A stretch of 48,809 bases of DNA from a virus: the IMG/VR virus record IMGVR_UViG_3300037466_001923; one strand, given 5' to 3'. Shown piece after piece: positions 22,636-32,022 of the stretch. Numbering within the stretch: the stretch's first letter is position 1; each line of letters begins with the position of its first letter. The position numbers and the translations under genes are program-made. The notes beneath the pieces were generated by a model. It searched no databases, was not told where the DNA came from, and saw only the letters and a program-made list of their open reading frames with translations.

Positions 22636-22696
22636 CTGGCCCTCCAGAAATGCAAAAGCCCCGCGCGGGCGGGGCTGGGTTGTTGTGTCGAACTGG

Positions 22697-23038
22697 TTAG
22701 TCGATGTCTGGCAAATCCACCGTCTGGCCGGCGAGCTCGTGCGTGCAGTCACCGAGGAACTGGATTCGACCGTCTGTCACAAACGAGTGGCATCGCAAGG
22801 GGCGCGCTGGCGGCAAGCCTTCGCCTCGCATATAGGCGGCATGCTCGTCCTTAGTGAGCTGGGCCACTCCGGTCACCAAAATGCTCGGTGTGAACGTGGG
22901 GCTGTCCATGCTGCCATTCCAGCTCCAAACCGGAGGCTGCGATCCGCTCACGTGCACCTGGTGTAGGAAGCCGCACCCAGGGCAATCGAACATCATGGTC
23001 CGCATACCATCACCGCGCTGCATCTCTTCCAATTTCAC
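22697..23038 (-). CDS. Conserved phage protein with CPGCG motif (DUF6527-like)
   Basis: MMFDCPGCGFLHQV...WSWNGSMDSPTFTPSI...RCHSFVTDGRIQFLGDCTHELAGQ. Confidence 0.45.
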   Translation of the reverse strand: MKLEEMQRGDGMRTMMFDCPGCGFLHQVHVSGSQPPVWSWNGSMDSPTFTPSILVTGVAQLTKDEHAAYMRGEGLPPARPLRCHSFVTDGRIQFLGDCTHELAGQTVDLPDID

Positions 23039-23587
23039 CTAGCCCCCCCCCAATTCCGTCTTCGCGCGCTCCCAAAGCGCTCGGCGGTCGGTGATGCCGT
23101 TCGTGCCGCCGTTGATGGCACGGGTCAACCCGACGAAATCGCCTCGGTCAGCAAAGCGGTTAAGGTTGTTTTGCACCCAGAACCAGGCGGCCGATGCGGC
23201 GGCGTTCTCGGGCTTTTCCAGCAGCTCGGGCTGAGCGATCAGATCAAGACCCAGCGCAGCGCCGCACGCGGCGTAGTTGACGCGACCGGTGATCTGGATG
23301 AGCCCCCGCCCCATGAAGCGCTTGCCGTCGCCCGGCTGCGTGTTACCAAGATCAGCCCTGCCCTCGTACCGGCTTTGAGCCGGCGTCGGGCCCCAGATTT
23401 CGCGGAGGTAGCGCAATTGGCCAGACTCGTGACCAACCTGCGCCAGGAACGCTGCTGCGCGCGCGGGCGTATTGATCTGCCGGAACAGCATCGCGTCAGC
23501 CAGGATCGGCGCGAACACATCCGCGCGCGCGCCGGCCAGCGGCATGATTGCGTGCAGCTGCGCAGCTGTGACAAGGGGGTCAGCCAT
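23039..23587 (-). CDS. Endolysin, glycoside hydrolase family 19
   Basis: FLAQVGHESG...YEGRADLGNTQPGDGKRFMGRGLIQITGRVNY...AINGGTNG. Confidence 0.9.
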   Translation of the reverse strand: MADPLVTAAQLHAIMPLAGARADVFAPILADAMLFRQINTPARAAAFLAQVGHESGQLRYLREIWGPTPAQSRYEGRADLGNTQPGDGKRFMGRGLIQITGRVNYAACGAALGLDLIAQPELLEKPENAAASAAWFWVQNNLNRFADRGDFVGLTRAINGGTNGITDRRALWERAKTELGGG

Positions 23588-24002
23588 TCTTCACACCTGT
23601 CACTATCTGGCGTGCATCGTCAGCCAACTCGGCAACGATCTCAGGCAGGTCTTTGTCCTTGCGCTTGTTCAGGAAATTGAACGCGCAGCGGACGATCGTC
23701 CAACCAGGCAGCCCGCACGAGAAGTAAATCCCGCCCAGCGCCATGGCACCGTTCGGTGTGGACATCCAAGCGGCCAAGCCAAGGTACTGAATCACGGCAG
23801 CGCCACCACAAAGGCTGGCCACCACCGTCGAGATCAAAGCAACAGCCCACTCTCCGCGATTGCGCGGCAGCGTCATCACCATCACCACAATCGTCGCAAG
23901 CACGCTCGCACCTCCCGCCACGGCGGCAGGACCGCCCAAGGCTTTGAAAGCCGCGGCACCCGCTGCCCCTGCTGCTGCGCTGCCGCTTATTGGTTCGGAC
24001 AT
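23580..24002 (-). CDS. Holin (three predicted TM segments)
   Basis: Three hydrophobic spans and a charged C-terminus. Overlaps the endolysin start by 8 nt. Confidence 0.7.
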   Translation of the reverse strand: MSEPISGSAAAGAAGAAAFKALGGPAAVAGGASVLATIVVMVMTLPRNRGEWAVALISTVVASLCGGAAVIQYLGLAAWMSTPNGAMALGGIYFSCGLPGWTIVRCAFNFLNKRKDKDLPEIVAELADDARQIVTGVKNG

Positions 24003-24015
24003 TCATACCCCCGGG

Positions 24016-24043
24016 GAAATAAAAAGCCCGCTCACGGCGGGCT
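24016..24043 (-). terminator. Rho-independent terminator immediately upstream of the holin RBS
   Basis: AGCCCGC-tcacg-GCGGGCT hairpin, followed on the minus strand by TTTTTATTTC. Confidence 0.6.
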
Positions 24044-24055
24044 GGTTTAATGTTC

Positions 24056-24084
24056 TTGACTGCGTACCCTTTGGGTACTACGAT
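24056..24084 (+). promoter_or_regulatory. Moron promoter TTGACT-17-TACGAT with palindrome GTACCC-TTT-GGGTAC in the spacer
   Basis: -35 at 24056-24061, palindrome at 24064-24078, -10 at 24079-24084. Confidence 0.55.
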
Positions 24085-24186
24085 GCTAATCACTGAGCCG
24101 CGCATTCCGCGTGGTTCGACACTCCGAAAGGAACGCCACCATGAAGAACTTTCTTCGTGCGCTTTTTCGCGCCATTAAGGAATACA

Positions 24187-24471
24187 GTGCACTACAAACC
24201 GCCCACCCCCGCCGAACTGGAGCGACTCAAGGTCGATCTGGGCAAGAGCAGTGGCGAGATGGCCGATCTCTTCGGCCTAGCCAACGGCCGCCAGTGGCGC
24301 CGCTATCTGTCCGAGGATCCAGCGAATCGGCGAGACATGGGCATGCATATGCTGTTCTTCGCAATCGCCCGTCTCGAACTGGACGACAAAGCCATCGAGC
24401 GCGTGCTACAGCGCATGCGCCAGGTCGGCGCGGTCATCGATTTGGCTCCGGATGGAGAGCCGCAGCCGTAG
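24187..24471 (+). CDS. XRE-like HTH regulator
   Basis: GTG 24187 preceded by AAGGA. HYKPPTPAELERLKVDLGKSSGEMADLFGLANGRQWRRYLS. Confidence 0.6.
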   Translation: MHYKPPTPAELERLKVDLGKSSGEMADLFGLANGRQWRRYLSEDPANRRDMGMHMLFFAIARLELDDKAIERVLQRMRQVGAVIDLAPDGEPQP

Positions 24472-24473
24472 CG

Positions 24474-25136
24474 CTGTGCACACTGCTGGCAGCATCTGGC
24501 GCCAGCGCTCAGGACTGGATCCGGCCTGAAGTTGGCATCGGCGCCTCCCTCTACAGCAAAGGCCCCGACGGGCTCTACTTCCAGCAGCCTTTCCCGCATC
24601 AGATGCGGCTGGAAGTGCCTGCCTTCGAAGTGGGCTTCACCGGGCCCATCTATCAACGTGGCTCATGGGGCGTCGACTGGCACGCCGATTGGGCATGGCT
24701 CGGCTCGGTCAAGACAACAGCCATGGCCGTACCGCTGGACGCCAACTACAACACCGCGATGAAGAGCTGCAACGGTCAGTGTCTGCCTCTGGCCAAGTAC
24801 GTCGGCAGCGGGCACGCGCAGGCTTTCATGCTCGCACTGGAGCCCCACTACGATTACGGCAAATGGCGGTTTGGCGTTCAGTTCGGGCCGACGCTCTACA
24901 AATCTACGTGGTCGATCGACGTGAGCGACATCCGCTACAGCCAGACCGCTGACCCGCAGAATCTAAGCGGATCAAATCAAGACGGATGGCGCTTTGGCAC
25001 GGTCGTTGGCGCCTCCGTTGCGTATGGCCAGCTGTCAATCGCCTATCAGCACTTCTTCATGAAGCCGAGCAGCTCGAACCTTGCGCCTCCTGTGTGGCAC
25101 TCGGTCGACCTGATCATGCTGCGGTACCGGTTCTGA
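24474..25136 (+). CDS. Outer-membrane beta-barrel-like protein; start unresolved (possible frameshift or pseudogene)
   Basis: Signal-like AAAVALCTLLAASGASA-QD, alternating beta pattern, C-terminal LRYRF. No ATG/GTG/TTG in frame. The nearby ATG 24452 is one frame off. Confidence 0.5.
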   Translation: MCTLLAASGASAQDWIRPEVGIGASLYSKGPDGLYFQQPFPHQMRLEVPAFEVGFTGPIYQRGSWGVDWHADWAWLGSVKTTAMAVPLDANYNTAMKSCNGQCLPLAKYVGSGHAQAFMLALEPHYDYGKWRFGVQFGPTLYKSTWSIDVSDIRYSQTADPQNLSGSNQDGWRFGTVVGASVAYGQLSIAYQHFFMKPSSSNLAPPVWHSVDLIMLRYRF

Positions 25137-25143
25137 CCGAACT

Positions 25144-25356
25144 TCACGTGCCCGGCGTCACCCAGTTGGACGTCAGCCACGCCGGCATTGAGTTGTAGTA
25201 GGCCACGTAAAGCGGATCATCAGACGCGACGACGCACTGGTTGGGAAAATTCGTCGGATCTTGGGGAAAATGGTTTGGGTCGGTGGCGACCCCGAAATAC
25301 GCTTGCAGAGCGGTTTTCTTTGCATCCGTGTATTGCGAGTAAATCAGGGTCGTCAT
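25144..25356 (-). CDS. Hypothetical protein downstream of the tail fibre (possible fibre chaperone)
   Basis: ATG 25356 with a GAGGT SD. The ORF-track start 25362 is TTG. Confidence 0.45.
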   Translation of the reverse strand: MTTLIYSQYTDAKKTALQAYFGVATDPNHFPQDPTNFPNQCVVASDDPLYVAYYNSMPAWLTSNWVTPGT

Positions 25357-25364
25357 TTTCAACC

Positions 25365-26696
25365 TCAGATGTCGTAGGCCGCGACAATCATCGAGAACGA
25401 TGGCGTTCCGGACGGGTTACTTGCCTTGTACCAAGCGGTTTGCGCGGTGTAGATGTCCAGATCGAACGGCATGCTCGTGCCGTTACTGGCCACCACCGTC
25501 GTGCTGACGTTGGACTTCGCCCCGGCCCCGTTCGCATCGCTCGCCACCTGGAACAGCTGGGTAACGCTCGCCACGCTGGTGAGAGACGAAATGTTGCCGC
25601 TTACGCGCACGGCGTTCTGTGGAATGCCGCCGATTGCGATCGACGTCCAGCTTGCCGCCGTCGTCGCGGTGGTGAAGCCGCCGGCACTCACAAGCGAAAT
25701 GCGGCGATCGCGTTGGACTGCCTGCACGAACTGGCTGCTGCCGTTCGTCGGCCACACGCTCACCAGCGCCGAAGCGGTGTAGCCGGAAGGCATGTTGGCG
25801 CCGCCGTACACGTGCGGGGCGACTGCCGACGTAGCATTCGTGGCCAGCAGCGCCGCGGTACTCGTGGTCGGATTGTAAATGGCGTAGAGCGCTACGTAGC
25901 CGCTCACCGGCGCAGTGCCGACGTCCATGCCGCCGGCGCCTACCGTCCCGAGGTTGATCGTCTTGTTGAAGCTGGCGAGACAATACCGCAGCCCCCCCAG
26001 CGCAGATTCAACAACGATCTCGTCTGCCGTCATAGTGGCCGAGGCCGAGGCAGCCGCTACCGACATCTTCAGGTTGCGGACGGTACCCACAACGCCTGAG
26101 ACCTGTCCGAACTGGACACCATGTTGGCTGGCCGTCGCCGGCGCCAACTGTTGCGCCCCCCCGGCACATTCCATGAGAACCGCGATCGGGTTGCCGCTAT
26201 TTACCCCTGGGATTGTGAGGCGCATCAAGACTGCCGTTCCATTCAACGCCAGCTCACCCCCTTGCAAAGGCTGCAAACCGAGGCCATAGATCGGGATTGC
26301 CGTCAAACCATCGGGCGCATAGGTAGAAGCTCCGGTGTTCGCATGAGCGATCTTGACCTGTTGGATAACGCCATCAACCCAAGTCCCGGATACAAGAGGG
26401 ATCGCGTTGGTGGCGGTGTAGGCATTTGCCGAACCGGTATCCGTCAGGATGACGGTCGATTGCCCGAGGCGCTTAATCGCCGAGAGGACTTGATTGAATT
26501 GGTTCTTTGCAAGCGTCAAGCCCGCGCCGGTCACGACGTTTGCCAATTCCATCATCACGGCGTTGAGCCATTCTGCCGGAACGATGGTCGCGGGCGTGCT
26601 CGTAGCCGGGTTCCCATCCGTGAAGAAGCCAGCAGTACCGGCAGCAGTCGACGCCGGCTGCGTTGTCGCAGCCGTCGAGTTATCAATCTGATACAT
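25365..26696 (-). CDS. Tail fibre protein
   Basis: N-terminus GFFTDGNPATSTPATIVPAEWLNAVMMELANVV, typical of myovirus fibre N-termini. Lies after the baseplate genes. Confidence 0.85.
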   Translation of the reverse strand: MYQIDNSTAATTQPASTAAGTAGFFTDGNPATSTPATIVPAEWLNAVMMELANVVTGAGLTLAKNQFNQVLSAIKRLGQSTVILTDTGSANAYTATNAIPLVSGTWVDGVIQQVKIAHANTGASTYAPDGLTAIPIYGLGLQPLQGGELALNGTAVLMRLTIPGVNSGNPIAVLMECAGGAQQLAPATASQHGVQFGQVSGVVGTVRNLKMSVAAASASATMTADEIVVESALGGLRYCLASFNKTINLGTVGAGGMDVGTAPVSGYVALYAIYNPTTSTAALLATNATSAVAPHVYGGANMPSGYTASALVSVWPTNGSSQFVQAVQRDRRISLVSAGGFTTATTAASWTSIAIGGIPQNAVRVSGNISSLTSVASVTQLFQVASDANGAGAKSNVSTTVVASNGTSMPFDLDIYTAQTAWYKASNPSGTPSFSMIVAAYDI

Positions 26697-26704
26697 GGAT
26701 TTCC

Positions 26705-27301
26705 TTACGAGTATCGGAACTGCAGGACTGTGTGCGCTGGCGCGATGGCGCTCAGCTCACACTGGAGGACGGTGTTATTCCAGCTAGCCAAGGGCTCGCC
26801 AGCAGCAGATTGGCCCGCGGCAAAGCGAACCACGGTATTGAGCGGCGCATTGACCGCCCAGGTGAAGAACCAGTCGGCAGTTCCGAGCTGCTGGCCCGCC
26901 GTGCTCTGCCCGCAACGGAACGGAGCAAAGTTGGTGATCGTGATTCCATAGCCCAACTTGGCCGCAAACCCGATGTAGTAGGCCGCAGACTGGCCACCTG
27001 AGTTTGCGAGGCGCGCAACAACCTGCGCGCGCCTTTGCTGCACTGTTGGGGATTCACCGGCACACGGGTCGGGCAGGCCGAGAGTGGACTCCCACTCGGG
27101 GAGCAATTCGTAAGTCGTACCGGGAAACGAATCAACCAGCAGGTAATTGGAACGCGCGGTCTGTCGGCCGTAGACCTGGGTCAGTCCCGAGAACACCTGA
27201 GTCTGGACCGCATCTTGATCGCGAGGCCAGACGCGACCACGCGGCATCAGCGCTTGGAAGGCTCGGAGATAATCGGCAGAGGTGAGATTTGGCGCTAGCA
27301 T
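26705..27301 (-). CDS. Baseplate/tail protein, Mu gp48 (DUF2313)-like
   Basis: YLRAFQALMPRGRVWP...LLPEWESTLGLPD. Confidence 0.8.
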   Translation of the reverse strand: MLAPNLTSADYLRAFQALMPRGRVWPRDQDAVQTQVFSGLTQVYGRQTARSNYLLVDSFPGTTYELLPEWESTLGLPDPCAGESPTVQQRRAQVVARLANSGGQSAAYYIGFAAKLGYGITITNFAPFRCGQSTAGQQLGTADWFFTWAVNAPLNTVVRFAAGQSAAGEPLASWNNTVLQCELSAIAPAHTVLQFRYS

Positions 27302-27309
27302 CCCTCACC

Positions 27310-28431
27310 TCAAACGTAAGTCACGGAGCCGAGCACAGGGATATTCCCCGTTGCATTCGTGATGTTGCCCACCGGTGAAGTGATGACAAACCCAGAGGTG
27401 TTCGGGATAGCCGCAATGGCCGACTCAATGGCGGAAAGATTGATCGTCCCACCTGGCGAGCCATTCGAGAGGAACACTCCTGAAATTGCCGCCGCGATGG
27501 CGGCACGGGTAGCCGTGGTCGACGACGTCAAGCCAGAAATCGTAAAGTTGACCGTGTTCGCGATCGGCGCGCACGCGTAGACAAGCGCGGTGACGGGCTG
27601 GAGCGAGATGAGCGCATTGGCGAGCATGAGTTGGTCGCCTGTCGCCACCACACCGCGTGGCACGCCTCCCGGCCCTTGGTCGTATTGCGAGACGCCGTTC
27701 GAACCCTGCGGGAATCCATTGAACGCTGCTTCCGCGTTGTCCATCATGAAGTAGACGACTACGGTCCCGGTGCCGAACCCATTTGGCGCAACCCATGCGC
27801 GTGTTACACCCGCGACGGCGAGCGCCCAAGTTTGGTAATCACCCTTCGCCCCCCCTTGCGGGGCCGTCTGAAATGCAGAGATGACCCGCGCACTGAATGC
27901 GGTGTTGGTCTCTACATCGGCGCCGCCGCTGATTGCTCCCGTTGCGGTTCCGCCCGACTGGATACCGGTGATGGCGACGCCCAGCGACATGGCCGTACCG
28001 CTCACGCAGTTTCCGGCTGAGCCGGCCGTGACGGCAGTGACCGCCACCGTCACAGAACTGCCCAACACAGTGGCGCTAGCGTTGGTGGTGTACGTCACAC
28101 CATCACCCCGAACCACCACGGTGCCTGCCGGGATCGTGCCGGAGGCGCCCGAAAAGGTGACATTCCCGGTAGCCGAAGTTGCCTGCTTTCGATAGACGCT
28201 CTTCAGCGCGCCCCATGCTTCCAGGTATTCATCTGTGGCCGTCCACGGCACCGCCTGCTTTGCGATCCAGTCCAGATACCCATAGTGCAGGTGCGCGAGA
28301 CCAGCCTGGACGTTCCCCGTGATGCGCAGGTTGGAAACGCGCAGCAGCGGATCCGAACCGGGAACGCTTGACGCGATGTCAGAGGCGACTTGCGTCTGCA
28401 GGTCGGTCAGTAAAGGCCGAGCAAATGGCAT
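27310..28431 (-). CDS. Baseplate J-like protein (Mu gp47-like)
   Basis: Size, position, and the N-terminal [13 protein letters not shown]...[12 protein letters not shown] pattern. Confidence 0.85.
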   Translation of the reverse strand: MPFARPLLTDLQTQVASDIASSVPGSDPLLRVSNLRITGNVQAGLAHLHYGYLDWIAKQAVPWTATDEYLEAWGALKSVYRKQATSATGNVTFSGASGTIPAGTVVVRGDGVTYTTNASATVLGSSVTVAVTAVTAGSAGNCVSGTAMSLGVAITGIQSGGTATGAISGGADVETNTAFSARVISAFQTAPQGGAKGDYQTWALAVAGVTRAWVAPNGFGTGTVVVYFMMDNAEAAFNGFPQGSNGVSQYDQGPGGVPRGVVATGDQLMLANALISLQPVTALVYACAPIANTVNFTISGLTSSTTATRAAIAAAISGVFLSNGSPGGTINLSAIESAIAAIPNTSGFVITSPVGNITNATGNIPVLGSVTYV

Positions 28432-28877
28432 CAGTTAATCCCGTTCCATGCCCACGAGTAAGCTTTCGCAACCGTGGAACCATCCTGTTTGTACGCAACG
28501 ACCTGTGCGCCGAGCTGGCCTGCTGCCGTCCACTCGACATATACGTCGAACTTCGCCACAACACCATCATCGATCATCCATTGGAGCGCCTCGACGATGT
28601 AGTCATATGCGCGCTGCAGCGTTTCTTGAGTCTGCTTCGATCTGTTCAGCAACCAAAGGCGCGATCCCAGCTTGACCGTGCTGAACTCATCCCCCCACCA
28701 TCCACGCGGATCGTTTGTGCCGTCCGGAATCACGTCCTCGGGCTCCGCCCGCCGATCAGTGAAGAGCGAGATCAGGAGCGCGGTTTCAATATCGTTGCCG
28801 GCGGTCAGCAACGCGCCCGTCATCCTCCAGTCACCGCGGCTGTTGGCGGTGTCCCAGGTTGTCGTTGTATCGGTCAT
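28431..28877 (-). CDS. Baseplate protein, Mu gp46-like
   Basis: [16 protein letters not shown]...GWWGD...GSRLWLL. Confidence 0.8.
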   Translation of the reverse strand: MTDTTTTWDTANSRGDWRMTGALLTAGNDIETALLISLFTDRRAEPEDVIPDGTNDPRGWWGDEFSTVKLGSRLWLLNRSKQTQETLQRAYDYIVEALQWMIDDGVVAKFDVYVEWTAAGQLGAQVVAYKQDGSTVAKAYSWAWNGIN

Positions 28878-29473
28878 TGCTGTTGGTTCGGAGCGTCAGA
28901 CGTGACAGTGGATGATCCGCCCTGAACGTTACGCACCGGGTGCGTGTGGGAGTCGTAGATAACCCGATCCGCCGCCATGCTTCGGCCGGTCGTATCGCAG
29001 TTGTCGACGATGTCCCCAGTGCATTCGAGACGAGGTGTCACCATGCGGACCTTCGTAGCGGCGTTGATCGTTACCACCGTCGCGTTATCTACCTCGACCG
29101 GCTGCCCGTTCGCCTTCACGAAGATTCCGCCCGAGGCAGTCAAATAGATCTGCTTGCCGTCTTGGCTGTAGATCATCGTTTCGCCTGCTGCCAGATTCTT
29201 CGGCCTCGATGGTTGATGAACAGTGCCCAGCACCACACCGTTCGAGCGATCACCCCCCAGGAACACAACAAACGCGTCCGACCCCGTTGGTGGATTGGAC
29301 GTCAGGCCAAATTCCGCCACCCGTGGCGTGTTATCCCGTGTCTCCAAGGGGTTCAGCTTCACCTGCATCATCTGCACGCCGCCAGAGTCATTCACCGTTG
29401 TCACCAACGCACGGGCGAGCGAGAGCAGAACGCGCCGAGCGACGCGCTCAAGAATTCCATGCTGGTCGGTCAT
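28874..29473 (-). CDS. Baseplate assembly/spike protein, Mu gp45 (V)-like
   Basis: Position, and YDSHTHP near the C-terminus. Confidence 0.8.
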   Translation of the reverse strand: MTDQHGILERVARRVLLSLARALVTTVNDSGGVQMMQVKLNPLETRDNTPRVAEFGLTSNPPTGSDAFVVFLGGDRSNGVVLGTVHQPSRPKNLAAGETMIYSQDGKQIYLTASGGIFVKANGQPVEVDNATVVTINAATKVRMVTPRLECTGDIVDNCDTTGRSMAADRVIYDSHTHPVRNVQGGSSTVTSDAPNQQQ

Positions 29474-30561
29474 TGCTGTGGGACGGGTCCGATGACGTCG
29501 CCAAACTGCGGCTGGATAAGCACCGGCTGCGGCAAAAACGCTTCCGGCGCCATCAAGGTGAGTTCTGCGTGGGTGCCATCAAGCCCAAGGTGATACGTCA
29601 CCTCGGAAATCAGGTATCGCACCGGCACAGTCCCGGCCTGGTCGCTTGACACCTTTAAGGACGGAATCAGGACGTCAATGAGACGGTTAGGCTGCCACAC
29701 GTTCCCCGCAACGTCTCGCCAGTTGTCGACGGTCAGATGGACCACCTCCGACCGACCGCTACGGCGCGCAACCTCCCATATCGCACGCTGCTTTCCGATG
29801 CTCCACCCAAGTTCTCCCGCTTCGGCAATGATGATGCGGCGGCGGTGTCGGGGAACGTTTGGGTCTTTGGCTGTAAAGGCAGGTGCGTTGACCGCGTTGA
29901 GGTCGAGCAGGTTGTTTGTGCCGACCATGACGCAGATGATCTCTGAGAAACGCTGATCCATGGAGCGCTCGACTGCCGCGCTTTCCATGTTGATGCCCTC
30001 TTGAATACCGCTGGCCATGGCCTCGGTGCCCGCGCGGGTAAGTTCCAGCGTCCCATCTGCATTCTCATATACCAGCAGCGCACTAAATCGGGCCGACCGC
30101 TCGATAATCTCGTATCCGGTTTCGCCCAGCATGATGTTCTGCTGCGGGATGATGGGCAGCCCCGTCACATCCGAATTGACGGTAATGCCGTACGGCATAG
30201 CGAGCTTGGTTGCTATGTCGAGCGCCGTGCAATTGCTGATCTGTCCGTTTGGCCACTCGGCAGCGCAATCGAGCAGATCCTGGCACCTGCCGCGGCCGGT
30301 TACACGAATCTCGTGCATGTTGGCGCTGATCGACGGCACAACTCGGTCCACATAGCCGGTAATAACCGGATCAGCGCCGAGCGATAGGATGCACTCGTCG
30401 CCCTCCTGAACAACAAAGTCATTGGCCTGCCCCGGGAACAACTCCGTCATCCCGATTTCGAAATCGCTCGGGAATCGCTCAATGCCACGTGTACACCGCA
30501 AGCTCGTCCAGCCCGACAGCATGTTGCCGCCGACCGATAGATAGATTCCGTCGTCCTGCAT
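29470..30561 (-). CDS. Baseplate hub, Mu gp44 / late control D-like
   Basis: Size and position. N-terminal pattern GWTSLRCTRGIERFPSDFEI. Confidence 0.8.
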   Translation of the reverse strand: MQDDGIYLSVGGNMLSGWTSLRCTRGIERFPSDFEIGMTELFPGQANDFVVQEGDECILSLGADPVITGYVDRVVPSISANMHEIRVTGRGRCQDLLDCAAEWPNGQISNCTALDIATKLAMPYGITVNSDVTGLPIIPQQNIMLGETGYEIIERSARFSALLVYENADGTLELTRAGTEAMASGIQEGINMESAAVERSMDQRFSEIICVMVGTNNLLDLNAVNAPAFTAKDPNVPRHRRRIIIAEAGELGWSIGKQRAIWEVARRSGRSEVVHLTVDNWRDVAGNVWQPNRLIDVLIPSLKVSSDQAGTVPVRYLISEVTYHLGLDGTHAELTLMAPEAFLPQPVLIQPQFGDVIGPVPQQ

Positions 30562-30564
30562 CGC

Positions 30565-32022
30565 TTAGTTTGAGAGCGCAGAGAACTTCACTGGCATGAA
30601 TGCCGGGTGGATAGGATTGGCCTGCGATACCAGCTCGTCGCTTCGTGTCGCATCTCTGTAGATACGGTTTGCTAAAGCGAGCGCCGGCAACGTGCTAGCA
30701 AAGTTGAACACCTGCACCGACGCCAGCCCTGATCCGCGCGCATCCAGGTCCGCAACCACGGCCTGCCGCAGGCTCCTCAGCGACATGTAGACGCCATCCT
30801 CACCCTGATTTGCGGCAATCGTGATCTCGTTGTCGACCAGCGCGGCAATGCTGTCTCGAACATTGGATGCATCATCGGCCGATACCGGCTGATACCCGGT
30901 TGCCGATACCGCGATTTGTGACACCGTGGAGCGCCGAAGCAGGTCAGCGCAGGCCGCCTGCATGGTCGTCTGCGCAACAGCAATCTGCGATGCGCCCACA
31001 ACGGGCGCCGGAACATAGCTGAGAAGCGACGAGAGAAGGCGAATTGCATCTGCCGGCGAGGATGCCGACGCTGCAAGGGCGGAAACAACACTCTGCGCCG
31101 CCGCCGCGAAAGTCGCCTGATCGGCACCCACATTTGATGCCGCCGCGGAGAGTGCACTGCCAGCGGTTGCAACGGCTGCCCGATTGAGCGTATCGGCCGA
31201 GATCAGGCTCGCCACTGTCGCGGTGCTCGCAGCCTTCGGGTTGGAGCCTGCGTATCCTTCATTTCCGCCGCCGAATAGGCGTCCGAAATTCCCGGCCAAC
31301 GTAGAGACAGAGTTCCAGAACCGCCTTACGTCGTGGATCAATGTGGTGACGGACTGATACCAGCCTACGACAGTAGACACGGCCGACTGAATAACCTGAG
31401 CCCCGGCCGAAACAATGCTGGCGATACGCTTCGCAAAGCTCATCAGCGACGATGCGTTCAAGTCCGACGCTGCGCTCTCAACTGCACTCGTCGTGGGCTT
31501 TCTAGCCTCTGGATAGAGACGATCGCCTCCACGGACGAAAACGAATCGGACTTCGACAACGCGCCCACGATCCCAGGAAGTTCCAAACTCCACCTCCATG
31601 CAGTTCGCTTTGAGCGTGCCAAACGTCGGATGCACGAGAGTGCCGAGGCCTGGTGCCTTGGTGCTGCCGGTCGCACCACCTTGAATCGCCTTCAGAAGCC
31701 GATCACGCTGGTCAAGGACTGGACCTCCGCCATAAACAAGGCTGTTCTCGACGAGGAAGCCAGCAATGCGAAAGACGTTGGTCTGCAGCCCCAGATCCTC
31801 AATCCAGGGCATCGTTTCCTTGTTCGGGTACTCATGGACGACCGAGCGCCGCCCGAATCGGCCGGTTTCCGATAGCACCGCAAAGGGGATACCGTTGTAA
31901 CTGGCCGGACGGAGCTGGCTCCAGTATCCGCTCCCGCTGAAAAGACTCGTCAGCTCGCTGACGGTCTTTGCAACGCCCGCGATGCTTCCGACGGCATTTC
32001 CTACTTGCGCGGAAAAACTCAT
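30565..32022 (-). CDS. DNA circularisation protein (Mu gp43/N-like)
   Basis: ASYNGIPFAVLSETGRFGRRSVVHEYP N-terminal signature. Confidence 0.8.
   Translation of the reverse strand: MSFSAQVGNAVGSIAGVAKTVSELTSLFSGSGYWSQLRPASYNGIPFAVLSETGRFGRRSVVHEYPNKETMPWIEDLGLQTNVFRIAGFLVENSLVYGGGPVLDQRDRLLKAIQGGATGSTKAPGLGTLVHPTFGTLKANCMEVEFGTSWDRGRVVEVRFVFVRGGDRLYPEARKPTTSAVESAASDLNASSLMSFAKRIASIVSAGAQVIQSAVSTVVGWYQSVTTLIHDVRRFWNSVSTLAGNFGRLFGGGNEGYAGSNPKAASTATVASLISADTLNRAAVATAGSALSAAASNVGADQATFAAAAQSVVSALAASASSPADAIRLLSSLLSYVPAPVVGASQIAVAQTTMQAACADLLRRSTVSQIAVSATGYQPVSADDASNVRDSIAALVDNEITIAANQGEDGVYMSLRSLRQAVVADLDARGSGLASVQVFNFASTLPALALANRIYRDATRSDELVSQANPIHPAFMPVKFSALSN

Noticed and set aside
24111-25136. 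341-aa ORF as one gene
   Set aside because: Its first roughly 110 residues are Arg/Ser/Pro-rich and overlap a well-formed HTH gene in another frame. Only the part from the signal-peptide-like segment onward looks like real protein.
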